DNA of 64,000 nucleotides from Bulleidia sp. (GCA_034088345.1 JAXDWO010000004.1:5794-69793), one strand, 5' to 3'; positions 1-10,143 are shown, counted from the stretch's first letter. A program made the numbers and translations. The notes: a model not told the origin generated them from the letters alone.

Positions 1-3
1 TCT

Positions 4-40
4 AAAAGAAAAACAGGAACAGTAGTTTATTCACTGTTCC
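4..40 (-). terminator. Rho-independent terminator downstream of the amidohydrolase gene
   Basis: Inverted repeat GGAACAGT (16-23) / ACTGTTCC (33-40). On the minus strand it is followed by a T-run (the A-run at 4-15 on plus). Confidence 0.6.
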
Positions 41-68
41 CATAATTAGTCTATTTTATATTTATTGA

Positions 69-1220
69 TTATTTAACAAGTTCACCATCAATTACAACAT
101 GCTCGCAAGTACTTGCAACATCAAATGGATCACCATTATAGATAATTACATCTGCATCTTTACCTACTTCTAATGAACCAACTCTATCTTCAATACCAAT
201 ATGACGAGCAGGATTAATTGTAATAGCTTTTAAAGCTTCATATGGATCCATTCCTGCTTTTACAGCAAGGCTTGCACATAGTGGTAAATGTTGAAGAGGA
301 ATAACTGGAGCATCAGTAATAATAGATACCATACAGCCAGCATTTGATAATACTGCTGGAGTAGTCCAAGATTTATTTTGAAGTTCAAATTTACTTGCAT
401 GAGTAAGTGTTGGTCCTACTGCCATTGGTACTTCATCTTTATATTTAGCTAATGTATCTACAATTAAATGACCTTCTGTAACATGTTCAAGAGTTAACTT
501 CAAGTCAAATTCTTTAGCAATACGAATAGCTGTCAAGATATCATTTGCCTGGTGAGCATGTATCTTTAGAGGAATTTCTCTATTTAATACAGGAATCATT
601 GCTTCACACTTCATGTCATATGCTGGCATTTTTGTTACATCTCCACTAGCTGCATCTTTTCTAGCTTTATAATCTTTAGCTTTTAAGATCATTTCACGTA
701 AATGGAAAGCTGTTGTCATACGGGCATAGTTACCCTTGTCTTTATAGCATCTCTTAGGGTTTTCTCCTAAGGCACATTTCATTGCGACTGGATCTTTTAC
801 AATCATATCATCAACACATGTTCCTACAGTCTTAACGGCAATCCATGTACCACCAATAGCATTAGAGCTTCCCTGTCCTGTTGCAACACAAGTTACACCT
901 GCTTCCATTGCTTGACTGACTGTTGGGTCTAGTGGATTAAAACTATCGATAGTACGAAGTTGAGGTGTGCAAATATCATTCATTTCATTGTAGTCTTGTC
1001 CCTCAAAACCAATTCCATAACCATCTAATCCTAAATGGCTGTGAGCATCAATAAAACCAGGATATACATTCATCCCTCCAGCATCCAATACTTTTACATC
1101 ACTTGGTGCTTCTACCTTTTTACCAATGGCTTTAATTTTTGTACCATCACATAGTACTTCACCAAGGTATGGGTCCTTATTGACTAAATCATGAATAAGT
1201 CCATTTTTAATTAACAACAT
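69..1220 (-). CDS. Amidohydrolase-superfamily metallohydrolase (COG1228-like; dipeptidase/deacylase type)
   Basis: 383-aa ORF with N-terminal PGFIDAHSHLG (HxH metal-binding motif). AGGAGG lies 8 nt upstream of the ATG. It is the last gene of the peptide ABC operon. Confidence 0.75.
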   Translation of the reverse strand: MLLIKNGLIHDLVNKDPYLGEVLCDGTKIKAIGKKVEAPSDVKVLDAGGMNVYPGFIDAHSHLGLDGYGIGFEGQDYNEMNDICTPQLRTIDSFNPLDPTVSQAMEAGVTCVATGQGSSNAIGGTWIAVKTVGTCVDDMIVKDPVAMKCALGENPKRCYKDKGNYARMTTAFHLREMILKAKDYKARKDAASGDVTKMPAYDMKCEAMIPVLNREIPLKIHAHQANDILTAIRIAKEFDLKLTLEHVTEGHLIVDTLAKYKDEVPMAVGPTLTHASKFELQNKSWTTPAVLSNAGCMVSIITDAPVIPLQHLPLCASLAVKAGMDPYEALKAITINPARHIGIEDRVGSLEVGKDADVIIYNGDPFDVASTCEHVVIDGELVK

Positions 1221-1257
1221 TTCTTTATCCTCCTGTATTTGAATTTTGCTATTAATT

Positions 1258-2058
1258 TTATTTAGAAGATATAAAATCTACTACATCTTCATTTTCTTTT
1301 TGATTAAATAAATTTGTTAAAGAATCTTGATAGATAATTTCTCCATCTTTCATAAAATAAGCATAATCACATAATTCTTTTATATCATTCAAATCATGCA
1401 GACTGTATAAGATGGTTATACCATATTCTTTCTGATATTTCTTAAATATTTGAATTAAAGATTGTTTACTTAATTCATCAATACTGCTGCATGGTTCATC
1501 AGCTAATATTAATTTTGGCTTATGAGCAAAAGCCAAAGCAATAGCTATTTTTTGTAAAGTTCCAATAGATAATTCTACAGGATATTTCTTTAATGCTCTT
1601 GAAGGATCAGGAACCTGAAACTCTTCAAGTAAACTGATTGCTCTTTTCTTTCTCTCTAATAAAGGAATTTTATCATGAGCACATAATGTCTCATAAATTT
1701 GTTTTCCGATTTTCATTGTTGGATCAAAGTAATTTGCAGGATTTTGAAATATCATGCTAATTTCTTTTCCCCGAATACACTGCATTGAATCTTGATAATC
1801 AATAAAATTAGTATCTGGATATTGCGTTATATCCTTATCTTGAAACATGATTTTTCCTGATTTAATTATTGCATCTTGTGATAATAAACCGATACATGCC
1901 TTTAAAAGAGTTGTTTTACCCGAACCATTAAAACCAAGTAAACATGATCTATCTCCTTCTTGAATCGCTAAAGAGATATTTTTATTTGCGATAACTTCAC
2001 TATTTTCAAGAATATATTTAACGGTTAAATCTGAAATTTCTAATAATATACTAGACAT
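1258..2058 (-). CDS. ABC transporter ATP-binding protein (Opp/Dpp D/F type), the only ATPase in the operon
   Basis: Walker A GFNGSGKT, Q-loop MIFQNP, Walker B LILADEP, H-loop SLHD. The signature motif reads LSIGT instead of LSGGQ. I chose the start at the ATG (MSSILLEISDL) that sits 1 nt after the upstream permease stop, rather than the longer ORF start at 2079. Confidence 0.8.
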   Translation of the reverse strand: MSSILLEISDLTVKYILENSEVIANKNISLAIQEGDRSCLLGFNGSGKTTLLKACIGLLSQDAIIKSGKIMFQDKDITQYPDTNFIDYQDSMQCIRGKEISMIFQNPANYFDPTMKIGKQIYETLCAHDKIPLLERKKRAISLLEEFQVPDPSRALKKYPVELSIGTLQKIAIALAFAHKPKLILADEPCSSIDELSKQSLIQIFKKYQKEYGITILYSLHDLNDIKELCDYAYFMKDGEIIYQDSLTNLFNQKENEDVVDFISSK

Positions 2059-2059
2059 A

Positions 2060-3001
2060 TTAACGTTTCTTAGGATCAAGAGCTTGATTTAGACCATCAC
2101 CAATAAAGTTCAAACTTAACATTGTTAAACAGATAGCAGCTACTGGCCAGATCATTTGAATAGGTTGCGTTGCAATTAAAGAACGTGCTTCATTTGCTAA
2201 AGTACCCCAGGAAGCTTGCGGAATACTAATACCGATACCCACAAATGACAAGAATGCTTCTGTAAAAATTGCACTTGGTACCATAAGTGTTGTATTAACA
2301 ATAATAGGTCCCATAGAGTTTTTAATTAAATGTTTAAATAGAATTCTGCTGTCACTAGCACCAATAACACGGGCTGCTAAAGAATATTCCATTTGTTTTT
2401 GAGCCATAACCTGAGCACGTACTTGACGAGCTAAGCCTACCCATGAACTGATACAAATAGCAAGTAATACAGAGAATACATTTGAACCAAATACAAGCAT
2501 AATTAAGATTACATAAAGTAGCGTTGGTACAGAATAGATAATATCAACAATTCTCATGAGAACCATATCGAGCTTTCCACCAATATAGCCACAAACGCCA
2601 CCCCATATAACACCAATAAATAGGTTGATTAACGCTGCAGCAAAACCTACAGCTAGAGAAATACGCCCACCATACATGACACGAACAAATAAATCTCTAC
2701 CAAACTTATCTGTTCCAAACCAGTGTTCAGCACATGGTAAGAGATTACGATTTGTTAAATCTTGAGCATCATATGTATATTTAGAAAACATTGGTCCAAA
2801 TACTGCGAAAATAATCATAATCACTAAGAAGATTAAACCAGCTACTGCAAGCTTGTTCTTCTTAAACTGGAACCAGACATCTTCAAAATATGTTTTTGAC
2901 TTCATCGCAATAAATTCGTTATTTTTCTCATCTTCTGGAAGGCTGTCAAAAGCATCAGCTGGTAATACATTTTTCATTTCTTCTAGTTTCATTTCTGACA
3001 T
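2060..3001 (-). CDS. Peptide ABC transporter permease (OppC/DppC-like)
   Basis: 313-aa polytopic protein with an N-terminal OppC-type extension and a binding-protein-dependent transport permease core. GGGGGA RBS. Confidence 0.85.
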   Translation of the reverse strand: MSEMKLEEMKNVLPADAFDSLPEDEKNNEFIAMKSKTYFEDVWFQFKKNKLAVAGLIFLVIMIIFAVFGPMFSKYTYDAQDLTNRNLLPCAEHWFGTDKFGRDLFVRVMYGGRISLAVGFAAALINLFIGVIWGGVCGYIGGKLDMVLMRIVDIIYSVPTLLYVILIMLVFGSNVFSVLLAICISSWVGLARQVRAQVMAQKQMEYSLAARVIGASDSRILFKHLIKNSMGPIIVNTTLMVPSAIFTEAFLSFVGIGISIPQASWGTLANEARSLIATQPIQMIWPVAAICLTMLSLNFIGDGLNQALDPKKR

Positions 3002-3014
3002 TTTCTTATCCCCC

Positions 3015-3935
3015 TTACTTTAAACGAATACGTGGATCAATCATTGCACTGATAACATCTGTAATAATATTTGCTACAATTACCATTCCACCATAGAAAA
3101 TTGTTAACGCCATGATTAGTGTATAGTCTCTATTACTAACACTGCCGACAAATTCAGCACCAATACCAGGAATAGAAAACATTGATTCAACAACAAATGA
3201 TCCTGTTAATAAAGTTGCTAGTAGCGGTCCTGCATAGGTAATAACAGGAATAATTGCATTTTTTAAAGCATGTTTGAAAATTGCTTTTGTATAACCAGTA
3301 CCTTTTGACAAAGCTAGAATCATATAATCCTGTCTTAACTCTTCTGACAAGGAACTCTTTGTTAATCTTGATATCATGGCAATAGGTGACATAGCTAAGG
3401 CAATTGATGGCATAACAAAACTTTGTGGTGAATTTAAACCAATAATTGGTAATATTTTCAACCATACACCTAATACATACATTAAAAATAATGCAAACAA
3501 GAAACTTGGAACACTTACTCCAATTGTTGCAATAAATGCGGTTAAACCTTGAACCCATTTCTTTTTAGAAAATGCTGATACAGCTCCTAATAAGACTCCT
3601 AAAACCATTGCTACACAGAATGCACAAGCACCTAGCTTTACAGTATAAGGTAATCCTCTATTAATAATATCCATTACATTCTGGCCTTTACGAACAAGTG
3701 ATGTACCAAAGTCTCCCTGTAATACATTTTTCAAATAACTGATAAATTGAACATATGTTGGCTGATCCAATTGATAATGTTGGATCATTAGTTCTTTTAC
3801 GTTAGCTGGAAGTTTTGACATTTCCCCAGCAAATGGAGAACCTGGAATGCTGTGCATCAAGAAAAATGTAATTGCCATCAATGCAAATAATGTTATCGCT
3901 CCATACAATAAACGCTTAATTACGTACTTTAACAT
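3015..3935 (-). CDS. Peptide ABC transporter permease (OppB/DppB-like)
   Basis: 306-aa protein starting MLKYVIKRLL, a typical OppB/DppB N-terminus, with 6 predicted TM segments. GGGGGA RBS. Confidence 0.85.
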   Translation of the reverse strand: MLKYVIKRLLYGAITLFALMAITFFLMHSIPGSPFAGEMSKLPANVKELMIQHYQLDQPTYVQFISYLKNVLQGDFGTSLVRKGQNVMDIINRGLPYTVKLGACAFCVAMVLGVLLGAVSAFSKKKWVQGLTAFIATIGVSVPSFLFALFLMYVLGVWLKILPIIGLNSPQSFVMPSIALAMSPIAMISRLTKSSLSEELRQDYMILALSKGTGYTKAIFKHALKNAIIPVITYAGPLLATLLTGSFVVESMFSIPGIGAEFVGSVSNRDYTLIMALTIFYGGMVIVANIITDVISAMIDPRIRLK

Positions 3936-3953
3936 AATTTCTTCCCCCTTAAT

Positions 3954-5921
3954 TTAACCTAAATATTTATCGAACCAGTCTTTCATTTCCTTTAATCGAC
4001 GAATACGATGTTTAGGTTTACCACTTCTAGATAAACTGTGATTTTCTCCTTCAAATACAACCATCTTGCTAGGTACATGGAAGTATTTCATTGCTGTAAA
4101 CATTTCCAACCCCTGGCTGATTGGACAGTTATAATCACATAAAGAATGAATAAACAAGATTGGTGTCTTTGCATTACATGCATATTTGATTGGTGATTGA
4201 TCCCACATCTTTTGCATGTCACTCCAAGGTGTAGCCGCCATTTCATTAGAATCAAATGAAACACCAATTTCACTTGTACCAAAATCAGCTACCCAGTTAC
4301 TGACAGATCTTTGCGAAGCGATAGCCTTAAATCTATCAGTATTTCCTTCAATCCAGTTACACATAAAGCCACCATAGCTTCCACCTAGACACCCAATTCT
4401 ATTAGGATCAATTGCTTGATATGTACTTAGAACATGGTCGGTAAATTCCATCAAATCTTGAAAATCTATCGTTCCATATTTTCCTCGAATATCCGCAAAC
4501 TCTTCCCCATACCCTTCACTTCCTCTAGGATTAGAGAAGAAGACAAAATATCCACTTGAAGCTAACGCCTGCATCTCATGAAAGAAACTTGTTCCATAAG
4601 CACATCTTGGTCCACCATGTATCTCAAGTAATCCAGGATACTTTTTACAAGGATCATAATCTTTTGGCTTTAATACCCAGCCATCAATTTCTTGTCCATC
4701 ACTGTTTGTAAAAGGAATGTACTCTACCTTAGCAATATATTTATCTTTGAGTAATTCCTCATTTAATATGTGACAAGAAATTGCCTTAGCCTTTTCTACT
4801 TTATAGATTGCATTACATTCATTCGCTTTTGAACCAACAAAGACAATATTTTTTTCATCTACGTCAAAACATGACAATGCCACATCATAGTCAAATACTT
4901 TAGACAACTTGTTAGAAGAATCTAGTTTATAAATATAGTTATGATAATGAACCATACCTTTAAAATACAAATCATCACCAACTGTTTTATAAATATTACC
5001 ACCACCATAGAAAGTATCTGCTAATGGCGTATCACCAATGGCAATTTCTTCATCATTTTTGAAGACTATTTCACTTTTCTTTGTTTTAAAATCGTAACGA
5101 TATATTTTTTCAAGTTCCCCATTACCCCATTTTTTCATGTTACTAGCTGTATATACTATGCCATTAACAGTAAATGCGATATTAGAAATTTTTAATTTTC
5201 CCTGTTTAACAAGTACTTTCTTTTTCTTTGTTTTTAAATCATATAAAGTTAAAGCTGAAGTAGATGGAAATACATCTTCATATTCTCTTGATGTATAGGC
5301 AATTTTATCTTCATTAACGATAACGCTTGAAACATTTGTTAATTTCTCAGTGATTCTTAAAAGAGACTCGTCTAATTCATTAAAGAGAAATAATGCACTT
5401 CTTTTACCAGAGATATATCCTCTTCCATTCCCCCAGAAAGGTACTTCTTCAAAAATATGGTAATCTTTCTGTTCTTCACAATATTCTTTAGATTCTTTTT
5501 CGGGATCTGGATCATTCCAGTCAACTAATGCTTTAACTGCATAGAATCCTTTTGAAATCTTTTGAATATTTAATACATTTAAAGGAATCTCAAATGCACG
5601 ATATGCTTCACCACCATCTAGCGGTAAACGATAGAAAACGGTTTTCTTTTTAAATGGTTCAGCTTCATCATCCTGATTACGATTAGCACTAAATAACAGT
5701 GTATTTTCATCATCAAAAATATAATCACTTGTTTTAGCATCATGCGTTAACTGTTTATATTCCTTTGTATCTAAATTCATATAATAAATATCATTATCAT
5801 ATGTATTTAATTTGTAATTAGGAACAGTCACAACATACGCACAATGTTTAGTGTCAGGACTTAGTTGAATATTACTTGCACATTTGATTTTAGAAATATC
5901 TTCTAAGGTAATTTCATTCAT
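3954..5921 (-). CDS. S9 family serine peptidase (prolyl oligopeptidase / acylaminoacyl-peptidase type), cytoplasmic
   Basis: Beta-propeller-like N-terminal region followed by an alpha/beta-hydrolase domain with GGSYGG nucleophile motif and C-terminal GENH. No signal peptide. Start placed at MNEITLED with a GGGGGA RBS; the 15 upstream codons of the ORF overlap a stem-loop. Confidence 0.8.
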   Translation of the reverse strand: MNEITLEDISKIKCASNIQLSPDTKHCAYVVTVPNYKLNTYDNDIYYMNLDTKEYKQLTHDAKTSDYIFDDENTLLFSANRNQDDEAEPFKKKTVFYRLPLDGGEAYRAFEIPLNVLNIQKISKGFYAVKALVDWNDPDPEKESKEYCEEQKDYHIFEEVPFWGNGRGYISGKRSALFLFNELDESLLRITEKLTNVSSVIVNEDKIAYTSREYEDVFPSTSALTLYDLKTKKKKVLVKQGKLKISNIAFTVNGIVYTASNMKKWGNGELEKIYRYDFKTKKSEIVFKNDEEIAIGDTPLADTFYGGGNIYKTVGDDLYFKGMVHYHNYIYKLDSSNKLSKVFDYDVALSCFDVDEKNIVFVGSKANECNAIYKVEKAKAISCHILNEELLKDKYIAKVEYIPFTNSDGQEIDGWVLKPKDYDPCKKYPGLLEIHGGPRCAYGTSFFHEMQALASSGYFVFFSNPRGSEGYGEEFADIRGKYGTIDFQDLMEFTDHVLSTYQAIDPNRIGCLGGSYGGFMCNWIEGNTDRFKAIASQRSVSNWVADFGTSEIGVSFDSNEMAATPWSDMQKMWDQSPIKYACNAKTPILFIHSLCDYNCPISQGLEMFTAMKYFHVPSKMVVFEGENHSLSRSGKPKHRIRRLKEMKDWFDKYLG

Positions 5922-5954
5922 TTTGTTTCCCCCTCGAGTTTCTTTTAACAAACA

Positions 5955-5984
5955 CTGAGAGGTCATCTTGGATGACTCTCTCAG
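5955..5984 (-). promoter_or_regulatory. Intercistronic stem-loop between the SBP gene and the downstream operon genes
   Basis: CTGAGAGGTCATC (5955-5967) pairs with GATGACTCTCTCAG (5971-5984). On the minus strand a weak U-rich tract (TGTTTGTT) follows. This is a typical position for a partial terminator or stabiliser after an SBP gene. Confidence 0.4.
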
Positions 5985-6005
5985 TAAATTGATTTTATTT
6001 TTTTA

Positions 6006-7691
6006 CTAGTCTTTTACACAGGCACTAAAGTAAGGCATTGTACTATGTAATTCATATCCGCTTAGACTAGAACTAACTAGTGCTGGAGATGAGAATTGGA
6101 ATAGTGGGAATTCTAAGAATTGTTCTTGAACTAAGTAATCCTCAGCTTCATGTAATGCTTTAGCAAATTCTGTTGGATCAGTAATATATTTAGCATCATC
6201 AATCATCTTGTCATATTTTGGATCATTTACAGAATTATATACAAGATTTGCAGATGTCCAGTTCTTTAAGAAATTGATTGGAGAAGCTTCGGCTTGTAAA
6301 CCATAACGTCCAATTTGGAAATCACCTTGATCTAATTGATCGTAATATACACCAGATTCAACAGCATCGAAGTCAACTTCTACACATCCTAATGCTTTCC
6401 ACATAGATTGAAGCATTGTAGCTACATCTTCATGGATACTGTTCTTAGAATACTTGTAAGTGAATTTAAGTGGATTAGATTCACTGTAGCCGGCAGCTTC
6501 TAATAATGCTTTAGCTTCTTCTGGATTGTATGAAGATTCATAACCTTCTTCATCTCTTTCTGTACGGAAGTCTTTTGTTTCTCCAAATAGACCGAATGGA
6601 ACATAGCCATTTAATACTGGATAAATTTCATCACCACCGATAACATCTACTAGAGCTTCTTTATCAATAGCTTCATATAATGCTTTACGAACATTTACAT
6701 CTTTTAAGAAATCAGGACCGGTTTCGCCACAGTTCAATACTAATGAGTAGCAGCTAGGATATGTTAATACCCATAGGTTATCTGTACCTTTATAGCTTAG
6801 TGCTGTAGAAACAGATACACTTAAGGCAACATCTACATCACCTGTCTGGAAGGCTGCATATTGAGCATCAACATCTGGCATTACTTGATAAGTAATTTCA
6901 TCCATCTTTACAGCATCTTTACCATAATATGTATCGCTCTTCTTTAATACAGCTTTGTCATTTAGTGAGAATTCAGCTAATTCATATTCACCACAAGTTG
7001 CATATCCTGGAGTGACTGACCAGTCTGATGTATGTTGAGGAGTATCAAGTGGAAGTGGTGAGAATACGCCTCCTCCAGCAACTGTAGTTAAGAAATAAGG
7101 TACTGGATAATTAAGTGTTAATACTAAGGTGTAATCATCTGGAGCTTCAATACCTACATCACTGTGGTCTTCTGTAGTACAGTCAAATGCACTACCTGCT
7201 TCATATGCACGATTCGAATAATCCTGAGCACCCTTGATCATTTGTTGCATATCATTAACACGGAATGCGTTATCTACACCATAAGATAGTGCTCTTAAAT
7301 ATGAATATACATAGTTAGCAGATGTGATAGGTGTTCCATCATTGAATGTTACATCTTTCTTCAAATGGAATGTCCAAGTTAGACCATCTTCACTTGTTTC
7401 AGAACTTTCAGCTAAATCATAGCTTGTTGAACTGTCCGCATTAATTTTTGTAAGAGATGCATATATAGAGTGAATGACATAAGAGTTATATATTGTAGTA
7501 CTAAGTTGAGGATCAAGTGTATCAAATTGAGCACCAATAGCTACTACCATTGATGTTGCACCATCACCTGTTGTTGTCGTTCCAGCTGTTGTTCCTGCTG
7601 TTGGTGTTGTTGTGCCAGTGGATGAACCACCGCAGCCAACTAAACCTAGAGTCATCATGCCAGAAAGTAAATAAGCTAAACTTTTCTTCAT
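6006..7691 (-). CDS. ABC transporter substrate-binding lipoprotein, family 5 (OppA/DppA-like)
   Basis: 561 aa. Signal peptide with lipobox LVGC followed by a G/T-rich linker, then the SBP_bac_5-like body. GGGGGA RBS. Confidence 0.85.
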   Translation of the reverse strand: MKKSLAYLLSGMMTLGLVGCGGSSTGTTTPTAGTTAGTTTTGDGATSMVVAIGAQFDTLDPQLSTTIYNSYVIHSIYASLTKINADSSTSYDLAESSETSEDGLTWTFHLKKDVTFNDGTPITSANYVYSYLRALSYGVDNAFRVNDMQQMIKGAQDYSNRAYEAGSAFDCTTEDHSDVGIEAPDDYTLVLTLNYPVPYFLTTVAGGGVFSPLPLDTPQHTSDWSVTPGYATCGEYELAEFSLNDKAVLKKSDTYYGKDAVKMDEITYQVMPDVDAQYAAFQTGDVDVALSVSVSTALSYKGTDNLWVLTYPSCYSLVLNCGETGPDFLKDVNVRKALYEAIDKEALVDVIGGDEIYPVLNGYVPFGLFGETKDFRTERDEEGYESSYNPEEAKALLEAAGYSESNPLKFTYKYSKNSIHEDVATMLQSMWKALGCVEVDFDAVESGVYYDQLDQGDFQIGRYGLQAEASPINFLKNWTSANLVYNSVNDPKYDKMIDDAKYITDPTEFAKALHEAEDYLVQEQFLEFPLFQFSSPALVSSSLSGYELHSTMPYFSACVKD

Positions 7692-7887
7692 GGATTTCGT
7701 CCCCCTCTCAAGTTATGAAAATAATATATTCATTTTGAAAAAAGATGTCAATATTTTTCTGTAAATATTTTTATTATTTTTACATTCAATTTACATTTTA
7801 TTTCATTTTTATTTTCATTGCTATTTTGCTCACAAAAGTAAGCCTTTTCATCGATATGTTTTATACTATAGGTAGGAGGTTTTGTTT

Positions 7888-8697
7888 ATGGTTAATCATT
7901 ATAAAATTGAAATATGTTGTGGCAGTTTAACAGATTGTATGACTGCGGAAAAATATCCAGTAGACCGTATTGAATTAAATTCAGGACTGGAACTTGGTGG
8001 TTTAACCCCTTCTCTATCAACTTTTCTTTTTGCAAAAGAAAAAAGCACCAAAAAAATTGTATGTATGGTTAGACCACGAACTGCTGGTTTCTGTTACAAC
8101 AATTATGAAATCAGTACAATGTTTTCTGATGCCGATGTATTTTTAAAAAATGGTGCTGAGGGTATTGTCTTTGGTTTTTTAAATCCTAACAGAACAATTG
8201 ATGTTGATAATACAAAAAGAATGGTTGAGCTGATTCATTCTTATCAAAAAGAAGCTGTATTTCATAAAGCTTTTGATGAAGTATTAGATTATGATAAAGC
8301 TATAGAAGATTTAATCAGCTGTAATGTAGATAGAGTACTAACAAGTGGTACTGCTCCTACAGTTCTAGAAGGATTAGATGTTATCACTCATCTTGAACAA
8401 AAGTATGGTAATCAAATTGAAATTTTACCAGGATGTGGAATTAAAGAAGATAATATCGTTGAAATTTTAGAAAAATCAAAAGTGTCACAATTTCATATGA
8501 CCGCGAAAAGTACCTTTGAAGATCATGGAAGCTATGTAGCAGTTGATGGTCGAAATGTTCAAAATGTTCTTGATAAAATTGGCAATATTTCTACATACTA
8601 CCGCAAAGAGTTAACTGGTGAAGATATTGCTATGATGAAAAATGATCCATTTGAAAAAGAATACGAACCTAAAGCTGTAGATAGAGATCGTACATAA
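7888..8697 (+). CDS. cutC: CutC family copper homeostasis protein
   Basis: The N-terminal region (IEICCGSLTDCMTAEKYPVDRIELNSGLELGGLTPS and MVRPRTAGFCY) matches the CutC family pattern. ATG at 7888 is preceded by TAGGAGG; the track start at 7882 is a TTG. Confidence 0.8.
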   Translation: MVNHYKIEICCGSLTDCMTAEKYPVDRIELNSGLELGGLTPSLSTFLFAKEKSTKKIVCMVRPRTAGFCYNNYEISTMFSDADVFLKNGAEGIVFGFLNPNRTIDVDNTKRMVELIHSYQKEAVFHKAFDEVLDYDKAIEDLISCNVDRVLTSGTAPTVLEGLDVITHLEQKYGNQIEILPGCGIKEDNIVEILEKSKVSQFHMTAKSTFEDHGSYVAVDGRNVQNVLDKIGNISTYYRKELTGEDIAMMKNDPFEKEYEPKAVDRDRT

Positions 8698-8703
8698 TTA
8701 GTT

Positions 8704-8740
8704 AAGGGAGTTCAATTTGAACTCCCTTGTTTGTTCTTTA
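8704..8740. terminator. Terminator hairpin between convergent cutC and purB
   Basis: Perfect inverted repeat AAGGGAGTTCAA / TTGAACTCCCTT, followed on plus by GTTTGTTCTTT. Confidence 0.6.
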
Positions 8741-10033
8741 CAGTAAGCCTACTCTTTTAAATACTTCATCTACATTTTTAATTTGATATGTTGGGTCAAA
8801 GCAATCTTCTATTTCTTCATCACTTAATGTATCTGTTACTTCTTTTACTGATTTCATTAAATCTTTAAAGTTCAAGCTTTCGGTCCATGCTTTAATTGCC
8901 TGTGGTTGCACTGTATCATAGGCTTTTTCACGTGACCACCCTTTATCAACGAGCTTTAACATAAATCTCTGTGAAAAGATAACACCATTAGTCGCCCAAA
9001 TATTCTGCTTCATTCTATCTTCAAATACAGTTAGATTTTTAAGAATACCACCAAAACGATTTAACATATAATCTAGTAATTCAGTTGCATCTGGCGCAAT
9101 GATTCTTTCAGCTGAAGAATGAGAAATATCTCTTTCATGCCATAAAGGTACATCTTCAAAAGAAGTTACCATGTATCCTCTTAACACTCTTGCACAACCG
9201 CAAATATTTTCTGAACCGATTGGATTACGCTTATGTGGCATAGCACTTGAGCCCTTTTGTCCAGCTCTGAATTTTTCTTCTACTTCTCTTACTTCTGTTC
9301 TTTGTAAATGTCTAATTTCTGTAGCCATCTGTTCTAAAGTTGTTCCAATTAAAGCAAGTGTTGCAAAATATTCTGCATGACGGTCTCTTTGTAAAATCTG
9401 CGTAGAAATATTGCTTGATTCAATACCAAGTTTCTCGCAAACATAATCCTGCACAAATGGAGGAATATTTGCAAATGTACCTACAGCTCCAGAAATTTTA
9501 CCTGCTTCAACCATTTTCGCAGCATGTTCAAAACGTTCTTTATTTCGTTTCATTTCTTCATACCATAATGCAAATTTCATTCCAAAAGTAGTAATTTCCG
9601 CATGCACTCCATGCGTTCTACCCATCATGACTGTATCTTTATACAAAAGAGCTTTTTCTTTTAAAACAGCCATGAATTCATCAATATCTTTCCTTAAAAT
9701 TTCATCAGCTTTCTTGAAACGAATACCATTAGCTGTATCAACCACATCAGTGCTTGTGATGCCATAATGAATCCACTTTTTTTCTTCACCTAAAGACTCA
9801 CTGACGCATCTCGTAAAAGCTACTACATCATGTCTTGTTTCAGCTTCCAGTTCATATATTCTATCTACATCAAATTTCGCATTCTTTTTGATTAGTTCAA
9901 CATCACTTTCAGGAATATGGCCAAGTTTGCTCCAAGCTTCATCAATTAATATTTCCACCTTGAGCCACGCTTCATATTTTGCCTGTTCACTCCATACATC
10001 CATCATTTCTTTTCTTGCATAACGATCTATCAT
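8738..10033 (-). CDS. purB: Adenylosuccinate lyase
   Basis: 431 aa with the fumarate-lyase signature [11 protein letters not shown]. Full-length similarity to PurB. Confidence 0.9.
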   Translation of the reverse strand: MIDRYARKEMMDVWSEQAKYEAWLKVEILIDEAWSKLGHIPESDVELIKKNAKFDVDRIYELEAETRHDVVAFTRCVSESLGEEKKWIHYGITSTDVVDTANGIRFKKADEILRKDIDEFMAVLKEKALLYKDTVMMGRTHGVHAEITTFGMKFALWYEEMKRNKERFEHAAKMVEAGKISGAVGTFANIPPFVQDYVCEKLGIESSNISTQILQRDRHAEYFATLALIGTTLEQMATEIRHLQRTEVREVEEKFRAGQKGSSAMPHKRNPIGSENICGCARVLRGYMVTSFEDVPLWHERDISHSSAERIIAPDATELLDYMLNRFGGILKNLTVFEDRMKQNIWATNGVIFSQRFMLKLVDKGWSREKAYDTVQPQAIKAWTESLNFKDLMKSVKEVTDTLSDEEIEDCFDPTYQIKNVDEVFKRVGLL

Positions 10034-10143
10034 GTTAACTGTCCATCCTTAACGATATATTATTGTAAAATAAAATTTGTCTAATGTTTATTCCAAATCA
10101 AAAAAATATTCACTTTTCTTTTTGTGTGGTATCCTTTTTAGTG

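Noticed and set aside
3187-3558. 123-aa ORF inside the OppB-like permease gene, same strand but a different frame. The same applies to other nested or antisense track ORFs at 4088-4282, 9171-9380, 15893-17497, 18221-18454, 20107-20318, 23979-24167, 26159-26341, 29012-29393, 30408-30724, 33977-34174, 35240-35425, 36526-36999, 39926-40141, 40793-40978, 47497-47769, 48182-48448, 52972-53181, 54043-54422, 55092-55566, 56116-56298, 57379-57600, 60246-60431 and 61199-61381.
   Set aside because: All lie entirely within long ORFs that carry clear family motifs. They have low-complexity or Cys/Ile/Phe/Leu-rich compositions typical of off-frame translation of AT-rich DNA, and they lack RBSs.
5922-5966. 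15-codon N-terminal extension of the S9 peptidase ORF
   Set aside because: It overlaps the intercistronic stem-loop. The internal ATG at 5921 has a GGGGGA RBS.
7745-7930. 61-aa ORF, plus the 7550-7738 62-aa ORF, in and near the SBP/cutC divergent intergenic region
   Set aside because: They are extremely Phe/Ile/Tyr-rich translations of AT-rich promoter DNA. One overlaps the cutC start and the other is antisense to the SBP signal-peptide region.
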